Below are positions 1 through 8,625 of a DNA stretch of 64,000 nucleotides, piece after piece (the stretch's first letter is position 1; each line of letters opens with the position of its first letter). Under the pieces are notes generated by a model. It searched no databases, was not told the DNA's origin, and worked only from the letters and a program-made list of their open reading frames with translations. Source of the stretch: Lachnospiraceae bacterium. GTDB lineage: Bacteria; Bacillota; Clostridia; Lachnospirales; Lachnospiraceae. Both the position numbers and the translations under genes were made by a program. The DNA is taken from the NCBI GenBank assembly GCA_028692055.1, contig JAQUYA010000003.1, positions 1,036 to 65,035 on the forward strand. Reading direction: 5' to 3'.

Positions 1-52
1 CTCTCTCGCTGAGAGCTCGATTTATTCTTCGAATAAACAAGGAGGATTAGAA

Positions 53-1480
53 ATGTCAGATCAAGTAAAAAAACCAATTGGAATTACGGAAACAATCTTA
101 CGTGATGCACATCAGTCTTTGATTGCAACAAGAATGCCTACCGAATTAATGCTTCCAATTATTGGTAAAATGGATAAAGTTGGATATCACTCAGTAGAAT
201 GCTGGGGTGGTGCAACATTTGATGCATCTTTACGTTTCTTAAAGGAAGATCCATGGGATAGACTTAGAAAATTAAGAGATGGTTTTAAAGATACAAAATT
301 ACAGATGTTATTTAGAGGTCAGAATATCTTAGGATACAGACCATATGCAGACGATGTTGTAAATTATTTTGTACAAAAATCAGTAGCAAATGGTATTGAT
401 ATTATCAGAATTTTTGACTGCTTAAATGACCTTCGTAACTTACAGGCTGCCGTTGATGCTACAAACAAAGTAAAAGCACAAGAAGGAAAAGGACATGCTC
501 AGGTAGCACTTTCTTATACTTTGGGTGATGCTTATACAATGGAATACTGGATGACAATGGCTAAAAACATCGAAGAGATGGGTGCAGATTCTATCTGTAT
601 CAAGGATATGGCTGGTCTTCTTGTTCCATATAAAGCAACAGAATTAATTACAGCTATGAAACAGGCTACAAAGCTTCCAATTCAATTGCATACACACTAC
701 ACTTCAGGTGTTGCGAGCATGACTTACATGAAAGCAGTTGAAGCCGGCGTAGATGTTATCGATTGTGCAATGTCACCATTTGCTATGGGAACATCACAGC
801 CTGCAACAGAAGTTATGGTTGAAACCTTCAAGGGAACAGAATATGATCCTGGATATGACCAGACATTACTTGCTGAAATTGCAGATTACTTCAGACCATA
901 CAGAGATGAATGTCTTGCTAATGGACTGTTAAATCCTAAGGTTATGGGTGTTGATATTAAGACATTGTTATATCAAGTACCAGGCGGTATGTTATCAAAC
1001 ATGGTATCTCAGTTAAAGGAACAAAATGCAGAAGATAAATATTATGATGTATTAAGAGAGATTCCACAGGTTCGTAAAGATCTTGGTGAACCACCACTTG
1101 TTACTCCATCTTCACAAATCGTTGGTACACAGGCTGTATTTAATGTATTGATGGGTGAAAGATATAAGATGGCTACTGATCAGACAAAAGACGTATTACG
1201 TGGAAAATATGGTCAGACAGTAAAACCAATGAGTCAGGAAGTTATTGATAAGGTTATCCCGGGAGAAGAAAGAATTACATGTCGTCCGGCTGATTTGATT
1301 GAGAACGAAATGGATAAATTAGAAGCCGAAATGAAAGAATGGAAACAACAGGATGAAGATGTATTATCCTATGCATTGTTCCCACAGGTTGCAACTGACT
1401 TCTTTAAATATCGTCAGGCACAACAGGATAAAGTTGATATGACTCAGGCAGATACGAAAAACGGAGCATATCCAGTTTAA
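53..1480 (+). CDS. Carboxyltransferase subunit of a biotin-dependent enzyme (oxaloacetate decarboxylase alpha / pyruvate carboxylase B / transcarboxylase 5S type), without a biotinyl carrier domain
   Basis: 475-aa ORF with HMGL-like carboxyltransferase hallmarks recognised by eye (ITETILRDAHQSL, ECWGGATFD, IRIFDCLND, IKDMAGLL). It ends without an AMKM biotinylation motif. AAGGAGG RBS 7 nt upstream of the ATG. Confidence 0.8.
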   Translation: MSDQVKKPIGITETILRDAHQSLIATRMPTELMLPIIGKMDKVGYHSVECWGGATFDASLRFLKEDPWDRLRKLRDGFKDTKLQMLFRGQNILGYRPYADDVVNYFVQKSVANGIDIIRIFDCLNDLRNLQAAVDATNKVKAQEGKGHAQVALSYTLGDAYTMEYWMTMAKNIEEMGADSICIKDMAGLLVPYKATELITAMKQATKLPIQLHTHYTSGVASMTYMKAVEAGVDVIDCAMSPFAMGTSQPATEVMVETFKGTEYDPGYDQTLLAEIADYFRPYRDECLANGLLNPKVMGVDIKTLLYQVPGGMLSNMVSQLKEQNAEDKYYDVLREIPQVRKDLGEPPLVTPSSQIVGTQAVFNVLMGERYKMATDQTKDVLRGKYGQTVKPMSQEVIDKVIPGEERITCRPADLIENEMDKLEAEMKEWKQQDEDVLSYALFPQVATDFFKYRQAQQDKVDMTQADTKNGAYPV

Positions 1481-1518
1481 AAATTAGAGCTTTAGAATTT
1501 ACCTATAAAACCAAAAAA

Positions 1519-1550
1519 GGGTACAGACGAAAAATGTCTGTACCCTTTTT
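1519..1550 (+). terminator. Rho-independent terminator
   Basis: GGGTACAGAC-N7-GTCTGTACCC, a perfect 10-bp stem followed by TTTTT. Confidence 0.85.
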
Positions 1551-1644
1551 ACAGCGTACCCAGCATGGATGCAATCTTTGATAAACTGGAGCAGGAAATG
1601 CAGAGCAAGGAGCGGAGCCGAAGAAAATAAAAAGCCAACACTGA

Positions 1645-1974
1645 TTATTCACTCGGAGTAGCATTTTCCTCGTTCTTAATTTCCCAATGAATCAGGAAGG
1701 TAAGCAGCGCACGGAGTGATATAATGCTTGCAACAATAAAGATTTCCTTAAATTCGCGAACCACCACAGTTCTCAATATTTCACTTCCCAGTTTAAATTC
1801 CAATCCCATAGCCATACCTTTTGCAAGATTCAGCCGTGTGGCAGGAGAGCGATGTATGTATTCCCATATTCCCCGTAAGCAGGCAACAATGATTATAATG
1901 ACACCGGTATACTCAAAGAGTAAAATGGCATATTCAATAATGATGTTTAATATCTGGTTCAAAATGTTTGTCAT
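1645..1974 (-). CDS. Small membrane protein, DUF1622-like
   Basis: 109-aa ORF with two or three hydrophobic helices. The central GMAMGLEFKLGSEILRTV segment resembles the DUF1622 signature. Confidence 0.6.
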   Translation of the reverse strand: MTNILNQILNIIIEYAILLFEYTGVIIIIVACLRGIWEYIHRSPATRLNLAKGMAMGLEFKLGSEILRTVVVREFKEIFIVASIISLRALLTFLIHWEIKNEENATPSE

Positions 1975-2065
1975 AAGCCCTCCGTCTATATTCTGTATTT
2001 CTTTTATTATGACGTTGAAACACTGAAAAAGTCAAGAAAAGTTTCCATATTATAGCCAGCTGTGC

Positions 2066-2094
2066 TTGACAAAGAGTATGGTTCGGAGTAAAAT
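2066..2094 (+). promoter_or_regulatory. Sigma-A type promoter for the TetR gene
   Basis: TTGACA (2066-2071), 17-nt spacer, TAAAT-type -10 TAAAAT (2089-2094). Confidence 0.55.
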
Positions 2095-2151
2095 AACACT
2101 TGTTATCAGAACTGTTAATTTGTGTACGATTGCTTTATAGAGGTGCGAAGA

Positions 2152-2703
2152 ATGGCAAGAAAAGAAACAATAACACGAGATATATTAATTAATACAGCAT
2201 TTGAACTTTTACAGCAGGAAGGAATAGAACAGGTGACGGCGAGAAAGCTTGCAGCAAAAGCAGGATGTTCTACGCAACCTATTTTTAGACTCTACAAAAA
2301 TATGGAAGAACTGCAGGCAGAATTATATGAAAAAATGATTCTCTTTTTTGAAGCCTATTATATGCAGTTTCCAGTAAAAGAAGACACGCCATTTGTGAAT
2401 TTAGGATTGGCATATATTCATTTTGCAGAAATTGAAAAAAATTTATTTAAAGCATTATTTTTGTCTTCTGAAAGAGGAGGCAAAAGTTTATATGAATTAT
2501 TGAATGGTACTTCTGGTTCTGTTGTAAAGGAAATCAATAAAGCCAAGGCGTTGGGAAGCAGCAATGCAAGCGAGCTGTTTATGAAGATGTGGATATTTAT
2601 TCATGGTGCCGCGTGTATGGTAATAACAGGGGATTATGACTTATCAGAGTCGGAAACAATGGAATTGCTAAAGGATTCCTATCTTGCATATACCCGAAAA
2701 TAA
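2152..2703 (+). CDS. TetR/AcrR family transcriptional regulator
   Basis: N-terminal TetR HTH (ITRDILINTAFELLQQEGIEQVTARKLAAKAGCSTQPIFRLY). Start moved to ATG 2152, which has a GAGGTG RBS; the ORF-track start 2122 is a GTG extension. Confidence 0.85.
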   Translation: MARKETITRDILINTAFELLQQEGIEQVTARKLAAKAGCSTQPIFRLYKNMEELQAELYEKMILFFEAYYMQFPVKEDTPFVNLGLAYIHFAEIEKNLFKALFLSSERGGKSLYELLNGTSGSVVKEINKAKALGSSNASELFMKMWIFIHGAACMVITGDYDLSESETMELLKDSYLAYTRK

Positions 2704-2740
2704 ACAGAAACAAATAAAAATCAGATAGGAATACAGAATT

Positions 2741-3703
2741 ATGCAGGTGGAAACACAGAGTGAAAATGCGGTAGAAAATAATATAGAACAGCAAGTAAAT
2801 GATATCATATCCAGAATAAATGATCGATATCCGAGAATGAGTAAAAGCCATAAGGCAATTGCTACTTTTATTTCCGATCATTATGAGCAGGCGGTATTTA
2901 TGACAGCAGCAAAACTGGGAGAAACCCTTGGAATCAGTGAATCAACAGTGGTTCGTTTTGCTTCTGGAATTGGATATGAGGGATATCCGGAATTTCAAAA
3001 AGCATTGGAAGAATGGGTACAAAACAAATTAAATACAGTTCAGAAAATGGGAGCAAAGTACGGAAATAGTACACAGTCAGAAATATTAACCGATGTGCTG
3101 ACTGCAGATATGGAAAAAATATCTGACACAATGCAAAATCTGGACCCGATTGCTTTTGAAGCTGCGGTGGATATTATCTTACACGCAAAGACGATTTACA
3201 TTGTTGGAATACGAAGCTGTGAACCATTGGCCGATTTTCTGTGTTTTTATTTGAACATGATTCGTGGAAATGTCGTACTGTTAAAAACTACAAGTGTCAG
3301 TGAAATGTTTGAACAGATGATTCGTATTGATGAAAAGGATGCCATTATCGGTATCAGTTTTCCACGTTATTCCATGAGAACTTTAAAGGTTATGGAATTT
3401 GCAAATGATAGAAATGCAAAGGTAATTACAATTACGGATTCCGTACATTCACCAATGAATTTATATTCTTCCTGCAATTTGCTTGCACGAAGCGACATGG
3501 TTTCCATTGTGGATTCACTGGTAGCACCTTTGAGCGTTATAAATGCACTCGTAGTGGCCCTTTGTCTGAAACGACCAGAGGAGGTAAAAAATAATCTGGT
3601 TACCCTTGAGGAAGTGTGGAATAATTATCAGGTTTATCTAAATGATGAGATTAATTTTATTGATGAAGAACCGATGCTGAATTACCCGCTGAAAAGGGAG
3701 TAG
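2741..3703 (+). CDS. MurR/RpiR family transcriptional regulator (HTH + SIS domain)
   Basis: HTH_6-like N-terminus (KSHKAIATFISDHYEQAVFMTAAKLGETLGISESTVVRFA) and a SIS-type C-terminal domain (IYIVGIRSCEPLADFL). Confidence 0.8.
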   Translation: MQVETQSENAVENNIEQQVNDIISRINDRYPRMSKSHKAIATFISDHYEQAVFMTAAKLGETLGISESTVVRFASGIGYEGYPEFQKALEEWVQNKLNTVQKMGAKYGNSTQSEILTDVLTADMEKISDTMQNLDPIAFEAAVDIILHAKTIYIVGIRSCEPLADFLCFYLNMIRGNVVLLKTTSVSEMFEQMIRIDEKDAIIGISFPRYSMRTLKVMEFANDRNAKVITITDSVHSPMNLYSSCNLLARSDMVSIVDSLVAPLSVINALVVALCLKRPEEVKNNLVTLEEVWNNYQVYLNDEINFIDEEPMLNYPLKRE

Positions 3704-3744
3704 GATGAAGCTTCATGCAATGAGAGAAAGGCAGGGCTGTTAAA

Positions 3745-4980
3745 ATGAGTAAGGTAATTGTAATAGGTGGAGGCGCTGCGGGTATGATGGCTGCTATCTC
3801 TGCAGCTAAAAAAGGGCATCGGGTGGCACTTTACGAGAAAAATGAAAAATTAGGAAAGAAAGTTTTTATTACTGGAAAAGGAAGATGCAATGTAACCAAT
3901 GCCTGTGAGGTAGAGGATTTATTTCAGAATGTAATTAGTAATCCAAAATTTTTATATAGTGGATTTTATGGCTTTGATAATCAGGCAGTCATGCAATTTT
4001 TTGAGGATGCAGGATGCAGACTAAAAATAGAAAGAGGGGAACGGGTATTTCCATTATCAGACCATTCCTCTGATATTATAAGGGCATTACAGGAAGAACT
4101 TCGTATAAATCATGTGATGATTTATTTGAATACAACGGTAAAAGAAATTAAAATAGAAAATGGAAAAATGGCAGGAGTTATTTTAAAAGATGGAACGCAG
4201 GTAGTGGGAAATCATGTGATTGTAGCAACGGGTGGCAAGTCCTATCCACTAACCGGGTCGACAGGTGACGGGTATATATTTGCACAGAAAGCAGGGCATA
4301 CCATAACAAAGTTGAAACCGGCACTGGTACCGTTTGAGATAAAAGAAAGCCATTGCAAAGAACTACAGGGACTCGCGCTAAAAAATGTACAGGCAACTGT
4401 CTTGGATAAAGGAAAAGAATTGTATACTGGATTTGGCGAAATGCTGTTTACTCATTATGGAGTGAGTGGTCCGCTAATTTTAAGTGCCAGCAGCCTGTAT
4501 GCAAAGAAGAAGAAAGAAAATAGCGAAAATGCTGTTTTACGCCTGGATTTGAAACCTGCTTTATCAGAAGAACAGCTCGATAAACGAGTTTTGCGGGATT
4601 TTGAAGAAAATAAGAATAAACAGTTTAAAAATGCGATGAATGGATTATTCCCAAGCAGGCTAATACCTGTTATGATAGAAATATCTGGGATTAATCCAGA
4701 AAAGGCAGTACATGAAATCAGTCGGGAAGAAAGACAGCAGTTTGTTCATAGAATGAAAAACTGGGAAATGACCATTCTTGGTTTACGCGATTTTAATGAG
4801 GCAATAATTACACAGGGTGGTGTAAGTGTAAAAGAAATCAATCCTTCCACACTGGAGTCAAAATTTGTGAAACATCTGTATTTTGTGGGTGAAGTATTGG
4901 ATTTGGATGCTCTGACGGGTGGCTTTAATTTACAAATCGCATGGTCTACCGGATTTTTAGCAGGAGAGGGTATAGAGTAA
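3745..4980 (+). CDS. HI0933/BaiN-like NAD(P)/FAD-dependent flavoprotein
   Basis: GGGAAG dinucleotide fold at the N-terminus, KKVFITGKGRCNVTN motif, and a C-terminal GGVSVKEINPSTLESK...LYFVGEVLDLDALTGGFNLQ. Confidence 0.8.
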   Translation: MSKVIVIGGGAAGMMAAISAAKKGHRVALYEKNEKLGKKVFITGKGRCNVTNACEVEDLFQNVISNPKFLYSGFYGFDNQAVMQFFEDAGCRLKIERGERVFPLSDHSSDIIRALQEELRINHVMIYLNTTVKEIKIENGKMAGVILKDGTQVVGNHVIVATGGKSYPLTGSTGDGYIFAQKAGHTITKLKPALVPFEIKESHCKELQGLALKNVQATVLDKGKELYTGFGEMLFTHYGVSGPLILSASSLYAKKKKENSENAVLRLDLKPALSEEQLDKRVLRDFEENKNKQFKNAMNGLFPSRLIPVMIEISGINPEKAVHEISREERQQFVHRMKNWEMTILGLRDFNEAIITQGGVSVKEINPSTLESKFVKHLYFVGEVLDLDALTGGFNLQIAWSTGFLAGEGIE

Positions 4981-5023
4981 TTATTACTTATTACATAAAA
5001 CAGACAGAAATGAGGAAAAATAA

Positions 5024-5680
5024 ATGAGCTTTAATGTTGCAATAGATGGACCTGCCGGTGCAGGAAAGAGTACCATAGCCAAAAAAATAGCAAAGCAGAT
5101 GGGATATATTTATATTGATACAGGTGCTATGTACCGTGCAATGGCACTTTATTTTATTCAAAATGGTATTAATGCAGAAGAATCGGATAAAATAAGTACC
5201 AAATGCAAAGAAGCAGATATTACGATCCAATATCAGGAGGGGGAGCAGATTGTTCTCTTGAATGGCAAAAATGTAAATGGTTTAATTCGTACAGAGGAAG
5301 TAGGGAAGATGGCTTCTGTAAGCTCTGTGAATAAAGATGTACGTGAAAAATTGGTGGATTTACAGCAAAAACTGGCTGCAACGGCAAATGTAATCATGGA
5401 TGGAAGAGATATTGGAACCTGTGTATTACCGAATGCAGATGTTAAAATATATTTGACCGCCAGCAGCTATATCCGCGCCAAAAGGAGATATGAGGAACTT
5501 ATGTCAAAAGGCGAAAGGGTTGAGTTTGATATGATTGAGAAAGATATTATTGAGAGAGACCATCGGGATATGACACGTGAATTATCTCCGCTAAAACAGG
5601 CGGAAGATGCAATATTGGTGGATTCTTCCAATATGGGGATTGATGAAGTCGTACAAAAGATTATTTCATTATGTAAATAG
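5024..5680 (+). CDS. cmk: Cytidylate kinase
   Basis: IAIDGPAGAGKSTIAK P-loop, YIDTGAMYRA motif, 218 aa; classic cmk-ispH-rpsA synteny. Confidence 0.9.
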   Translation: MSFNVAIDGPAGAGKSTIAKKIAKQMGYIYIDTGAMYRAMALYFIQNGINAEESDKISTKCKEADITIQYQEGEQIVLLNGKNVNGLIRTEEVGKMASVSSVNKDVREKLVDLQQKLAATANVIMDGRDIGTCVLPNADVKIYLTASSYIRAKRRYEELMSKGERVEFDMIEKDIIERDHRDMTRELSPLKQAEDAILVDSSNMGIDEVVQKIISLCK

Positions 5681-5701
5681 CAGGAAAGAAAATGGTAGAA
5701 A

Positions 5702-6550
5702 ATGGAAGTAATATTAGCAAAGACAGCAGGTTTTTGTTTTGGAGTAAAACGTGCTGTAGAACAGGTATATGAACAAATAGAAAGTGAAAAAAAAATATTT
5801 ACTTATGGACCAATTATTCATAATGAAGAGGTCGTAAAGGATTTAGAAAAAAAGGGCGTTCGTGTAATCAATGGCGTAGAGGAACTTACAAATCTTGAGT
5901 CTGGAACCGTGATAATTCGTTCACATGGAGTGTCCGCAGACATCTATGATGCAGTCCGGGATAAGAACCTGGAATGTGTAGATGCGACCTGTCCTTTTGT
6001 GAAAAGGATTCATAAAACAGTGGAGAAGGAAAGCCTGAACGGCTATCAGATTATTATCATAGGAAATGATGGACATCCGGAAGTAGAGGGGATTAAGGGC
6101 TGGTCAAAGACACCGGCGGTAGTGATTGAATCCAGGGAAGAAGCAGAAAATTTTATAAATAGAACAAACCAAAAGCTTTGTATTGTATCACAGACGACAT
6201 TTAACTACAATAAATTTCAAGAATTAGTTGAAATTTTTCAAAAAAAAGGTTATGATATACTTGTTGTGAATACGATATGCAGCGCAACAGAGGAGCGACA
6301 AACCGAGGCAAGACAGATTGCAGCGGATGTTGATGCTATGATAGTAATAGGCGGTACTCATAGTTCCAATACACGTAAATTGTATGAAATATGCAGTAAG
6401 GAATGTGAGAACACTTATTTTATACAGACACTAGATGACTTGAATTTAGATTTACCTAAATCTGTTCGACTGGTGGGTATTACCGCAGGGGCTTCTACCC
6501 CAAATAATATAATTGAGGAGGTTCAAAATTATGTCAGAATTAACTTTTGA
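5702..6550 (+). CDS. ispH: 4-hydroxy-3-methylbut-2-enyl diphosphate reductase
   Basis: GFCFGVKRAV, ATCPFV and NTICSAT cysteine motifs plus HSSNT; 282 aa. Confidence 0.9.
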   Translation: MEVILAKTAGFCFGVKRAVEQVYEQIESEKKIFTYGPIIHNEEVVKDLEKKGVRVINGVEELTNLESGTVIIRSHGVSADIYDAVRDKNLECVDATCPFVKRIHKTVEKESLNGYQIIIIGNDGHPEVEGIKGWSKTPAVVIESREEAENFINRTNQKLCIVSQTTFNYNKFQELVEIFQKKGYDILVVNTICSATEERQTEARQIAADVDAMIVIGGTHSSNTRKLYEICSKECENTYFIQTLDDLNLDLPKSVRLVGITAGASTPNNIIEEVQNYVRINF

Positions 6551-7664
6551 ACAAATGTTAGAAGAATCATTTAAGACAATACACACAGGAGAGGTCGTTG
6601 AAGGTGCAATTATCGATGTGAAACCAGAAGAAGCTGTTTTAAACATCGGATACAAGTCAGATGGTATTCTTACAAGAAATGAATACACAAATGAACCAAA
6701 TGTTGATTTAACAACAGTACTTACCGTTGGCGACAAGATGGAAGTTAAAGTCTTAAAAGTAAACGACGGAGAAGGACAAGTCTTATTAACTTATAAACGT
6801 CTTACTGCTGATCGTGGAAACAAGAGAATTGAAGAAGCATTTAACAACAAAGAAGTATTAACAGCAAAAGTTGCACAGGTATTAGATGGTGGCTTATGTG
6901 TAGTTATCGAAGAAATCAGAATCTTTATTCCAGCAAGCTTAGTATCTGATTCTTATGAAAAAGATTTAACAAAGTATGCAGGACAGGAGATTAGCTTCGT
7001 AATTAGCGAATATAATCCAAAGAGAAGAAGATATATCGGAGATCGCAAACAATTAATCGTTGCTCAAAAAGTGGAAATGCAAAAAGAGTTATTTGCAAGA
7101 ATCAAAGAAGGCGATATTGTTGAAGGAACAGTTAAAAATGTTACAGATTTCGGTGCATTTATTGATTTAGGCGGTGCAGACGGACTACTTCACATTTCAG
7201 AAATGTCATGGGGAAGAGTTGAGAATCCTAAGAAAGTATTTAAAGTTGGCGATAAAGTAAATGTACTTATCAAAGAAATCCAGGGAACCAAAATTGCTCT
7301 CAGCTTAAAATTTGATGATGCAAATCCATGGAAAGATGCTACAACCAAATATGCGGTAGGCAATGTTGTTACTGGTGTTGTTGCAAGAATGACAGATTTT
7401 GGTGCATTTGTTGAATTAGAGCCAGGTGTTGATGCTCTTTTACATGTATCACAAATTTCAAAGGAGCATATTGAAAAACCTTCAGATGTGTTAAAATCTG
7501 GCGATGAAGTTACGGCTAAAGTTGTAGATTTCAATGAAAACGATAGAAAAATCAGCTTAAGCGTAAAAGCATTATTGGCTCCAGAACCTACAGAAGAAGC
7601 GGTTGAAGAAGATGCAGATGTAGTATCTGTTAATATTGATGCTGTAATTGCAGAAGATAAATAA
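6531..7664 (+). CDS. rpsA: 30S ribosomal protein S1 (four S1 domains)
   Basis: Repeated S1 OB-fold units (GxVxGxV...FGAFVxL...GLLHISE). Start set at ATG 6531 with a GAGGAGG RBS; it overlaps the ispH 3' end by 20 nt in another frame. Confidence 0.85.
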   Translation: MSELTFEQMLEESFKTIHTGEVVEGAIIDVKPEEAVLNIGYKSDGILTRNEYTNEPNVDLTTVLTVGDKMEVKVLKVNDGEGQVLLTYKRLTADRGNKRIEEAFNNKEVLTAKVAQVLDGGLCVVIEEIRIFIPASLVSDSYEKDLTKYAGQEISFVISEYNPKRRRYIGDRKQLIVAQKVEMQKELFARIKEGDIVEGTVKNVTDFGAFIDLGGADGLLHISEMSWGRVENPKKVFKVGDKVNVLIKEIQGTKIALSLKFDDANPWKDATTKYAVGNVVTGVVARMTDFGAFVELEPGVDALLHVSQISKEHIEKPSDVLKSGDEVTAKVVDFNENDRKISLSVKALLAPEPTEEAVEEDADVVSVNIDAVIAEDK

Positions 7665-7689
7665 GAAAAATGAAGAATTGAAAAGGTGA

Positions 7690-8472
7690 ATGCGTATGGC
7701 ATATGACTACGAGCAATTCAAAAAGGCTGTTTTTGATTTGACAAAAATTGATTTGAACGCTTATAAAGAAAAGCAAATGAAGCGCAGAATTGATACCTTG
7801 ATTTTAAAGAACAAGATTGTCGGATATGATAATTTTGTAAAAGCTTTAAAAACAGATAAAAAGTTATTTGAAGAATTTGTGACGTATTTAACCATTAATG
7901 TTTCTGAGTTTTATAGAAATCCGGAACAATGGGTGCTATTGGATAAAGAGGTATTCCCAGAATTAATACAGAAGTTTGGGAATGGCTTAAAAATATGGAG
8001 TGCTGCCTGTTCGACAGGTGATGAACCATATTCCTTAGTTATGGCATTATCCAAACATTTACCACTTAATAAGATTCGTATCTATGCAACAGATTTGGAC
8101 AAGGTAGTAATTGAAAAGGCAAAAACTGGTTTATACAATGCAAGAAGTCTGGCAGGTGTGCCGGCAGATCTTAAGAAAAAATACTTTACACAAATTGGAC
8201 CCTCCTTCAAAATTTCAGATGAAATTAAAGCTTGTGTTGAATTTAAAGAGCACAATTTACTGAAGGATACATATCCTACCAATTATGACTTGATTGTTTG
8301 TCGAAATGTATTGATTTACTTTACAGAAGAGGCAAAAGATGATGTATTTGCAAAGTTTTTAAAATCCTTGAAAAAAGGTGGTATCCTTTTTATTGGAAGT
8401 ACAGAGCAAATTGTAAACTATCGGGAATTAGGCTATGCCAGAAAGAATTCGTTCTTTTATGAAAAACCTTGA
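7690..8472 (+). CDS. CheR-type protein-glutamate O-methyltransferase (SAM-dependent)
   Basis: EFYRNPEQW, IWSAACSTGDEPYSL and VCRNVLIYF motifs typical of CheR. The alternative start ATG 7696 is equally possible. Confidence 0.75.
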   Translation: MRMAYDYEQFKKAVFDLTKIDLNAYKEKQMKRRIDTLILKNKIVGYDNFVKALKTDKKLFEEFVTYLTINVSEFYRNPEQWVLLDKEVFPELIQKFGNGLKIWSAACSTGDEPYSLVMALSKHLPLNKIRIYATDLDKVVIEKAKTGLYNARSLAGVPADLKKKYFTQIGPSFKISDEIKACVEFKEHNLLKDTYPTNYDLIVCRNVLIYFTEEAKDDVFAKFLKSLKKGGILFIGSTEQIVNYRELGYARKNSFFYEKP

Positions 8473-8518
8473 TTTTTGACTAGTTATTTGCTATGAAGCA
8501 CACAAGTTGTTATTACAG

Positions 8519-8549
8519 GCACTCAGAAATGTTTCTGGGTGCTTTTTTT
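8519..8549 (+). terminator. Rho-independent terminator
   Basis: GCACTCAGAA-ATGT-TTCTGGGTGC stem (one G-U pair) followed by TTTTTTT. Confidence 0.8.
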
Positions 8550-8597
8550 GCAATAAATATAATATAATAAAAAGAATAGAATGGATAATGTGTACAT

Positions 8598-8618
8598 GAC
8601 CAAAGGTCGCAGATGGGA
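8598..8618 (+). repeat. 21-nt element GACCAAAGGTCGCAGATGGGA, copy 1 (small hairpin plus SD-like GGGA), ending 7 nt before ATG 8626
   Basis: Identical 21-mer recurs at 25326-25346. It contains a GACC-AAA-GGTC hairpin extended by flanking bases. Confidence 0.9.
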
Positions 8619-8625
8619 GCTAAAT

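Noticed and set aside
1565-1630. 21-codon ORF (MDAIFDKLEQEMQSKERSRRK) between the first terminator and the DUF1622 gene.
   Set aside because: It is too short, has no RBS and lies after a strong terminator. It is probably a relic of a gene 3' end or a chance ORF.
7190-7702. Long antisense ORFs inside well-supported genes, for example 170 aa opposite rpsA. Others are 16097-16528 and 16239-16556 opposite rnfB, 18879-19337 opposite the GH25 gene, 39531-39962 opposite the SpoIID-like gene, 50409-50864 opposite tyrA, and 45677-46051 opposite the M18 peptidase.
   Set aside because: They lie entirely within confidently identified genes on the other strand. They have low-complexity or odd composition, no RBS and no recognisable motifs. 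This is the typical stop-poor antisense frame of a codon-biased gene.
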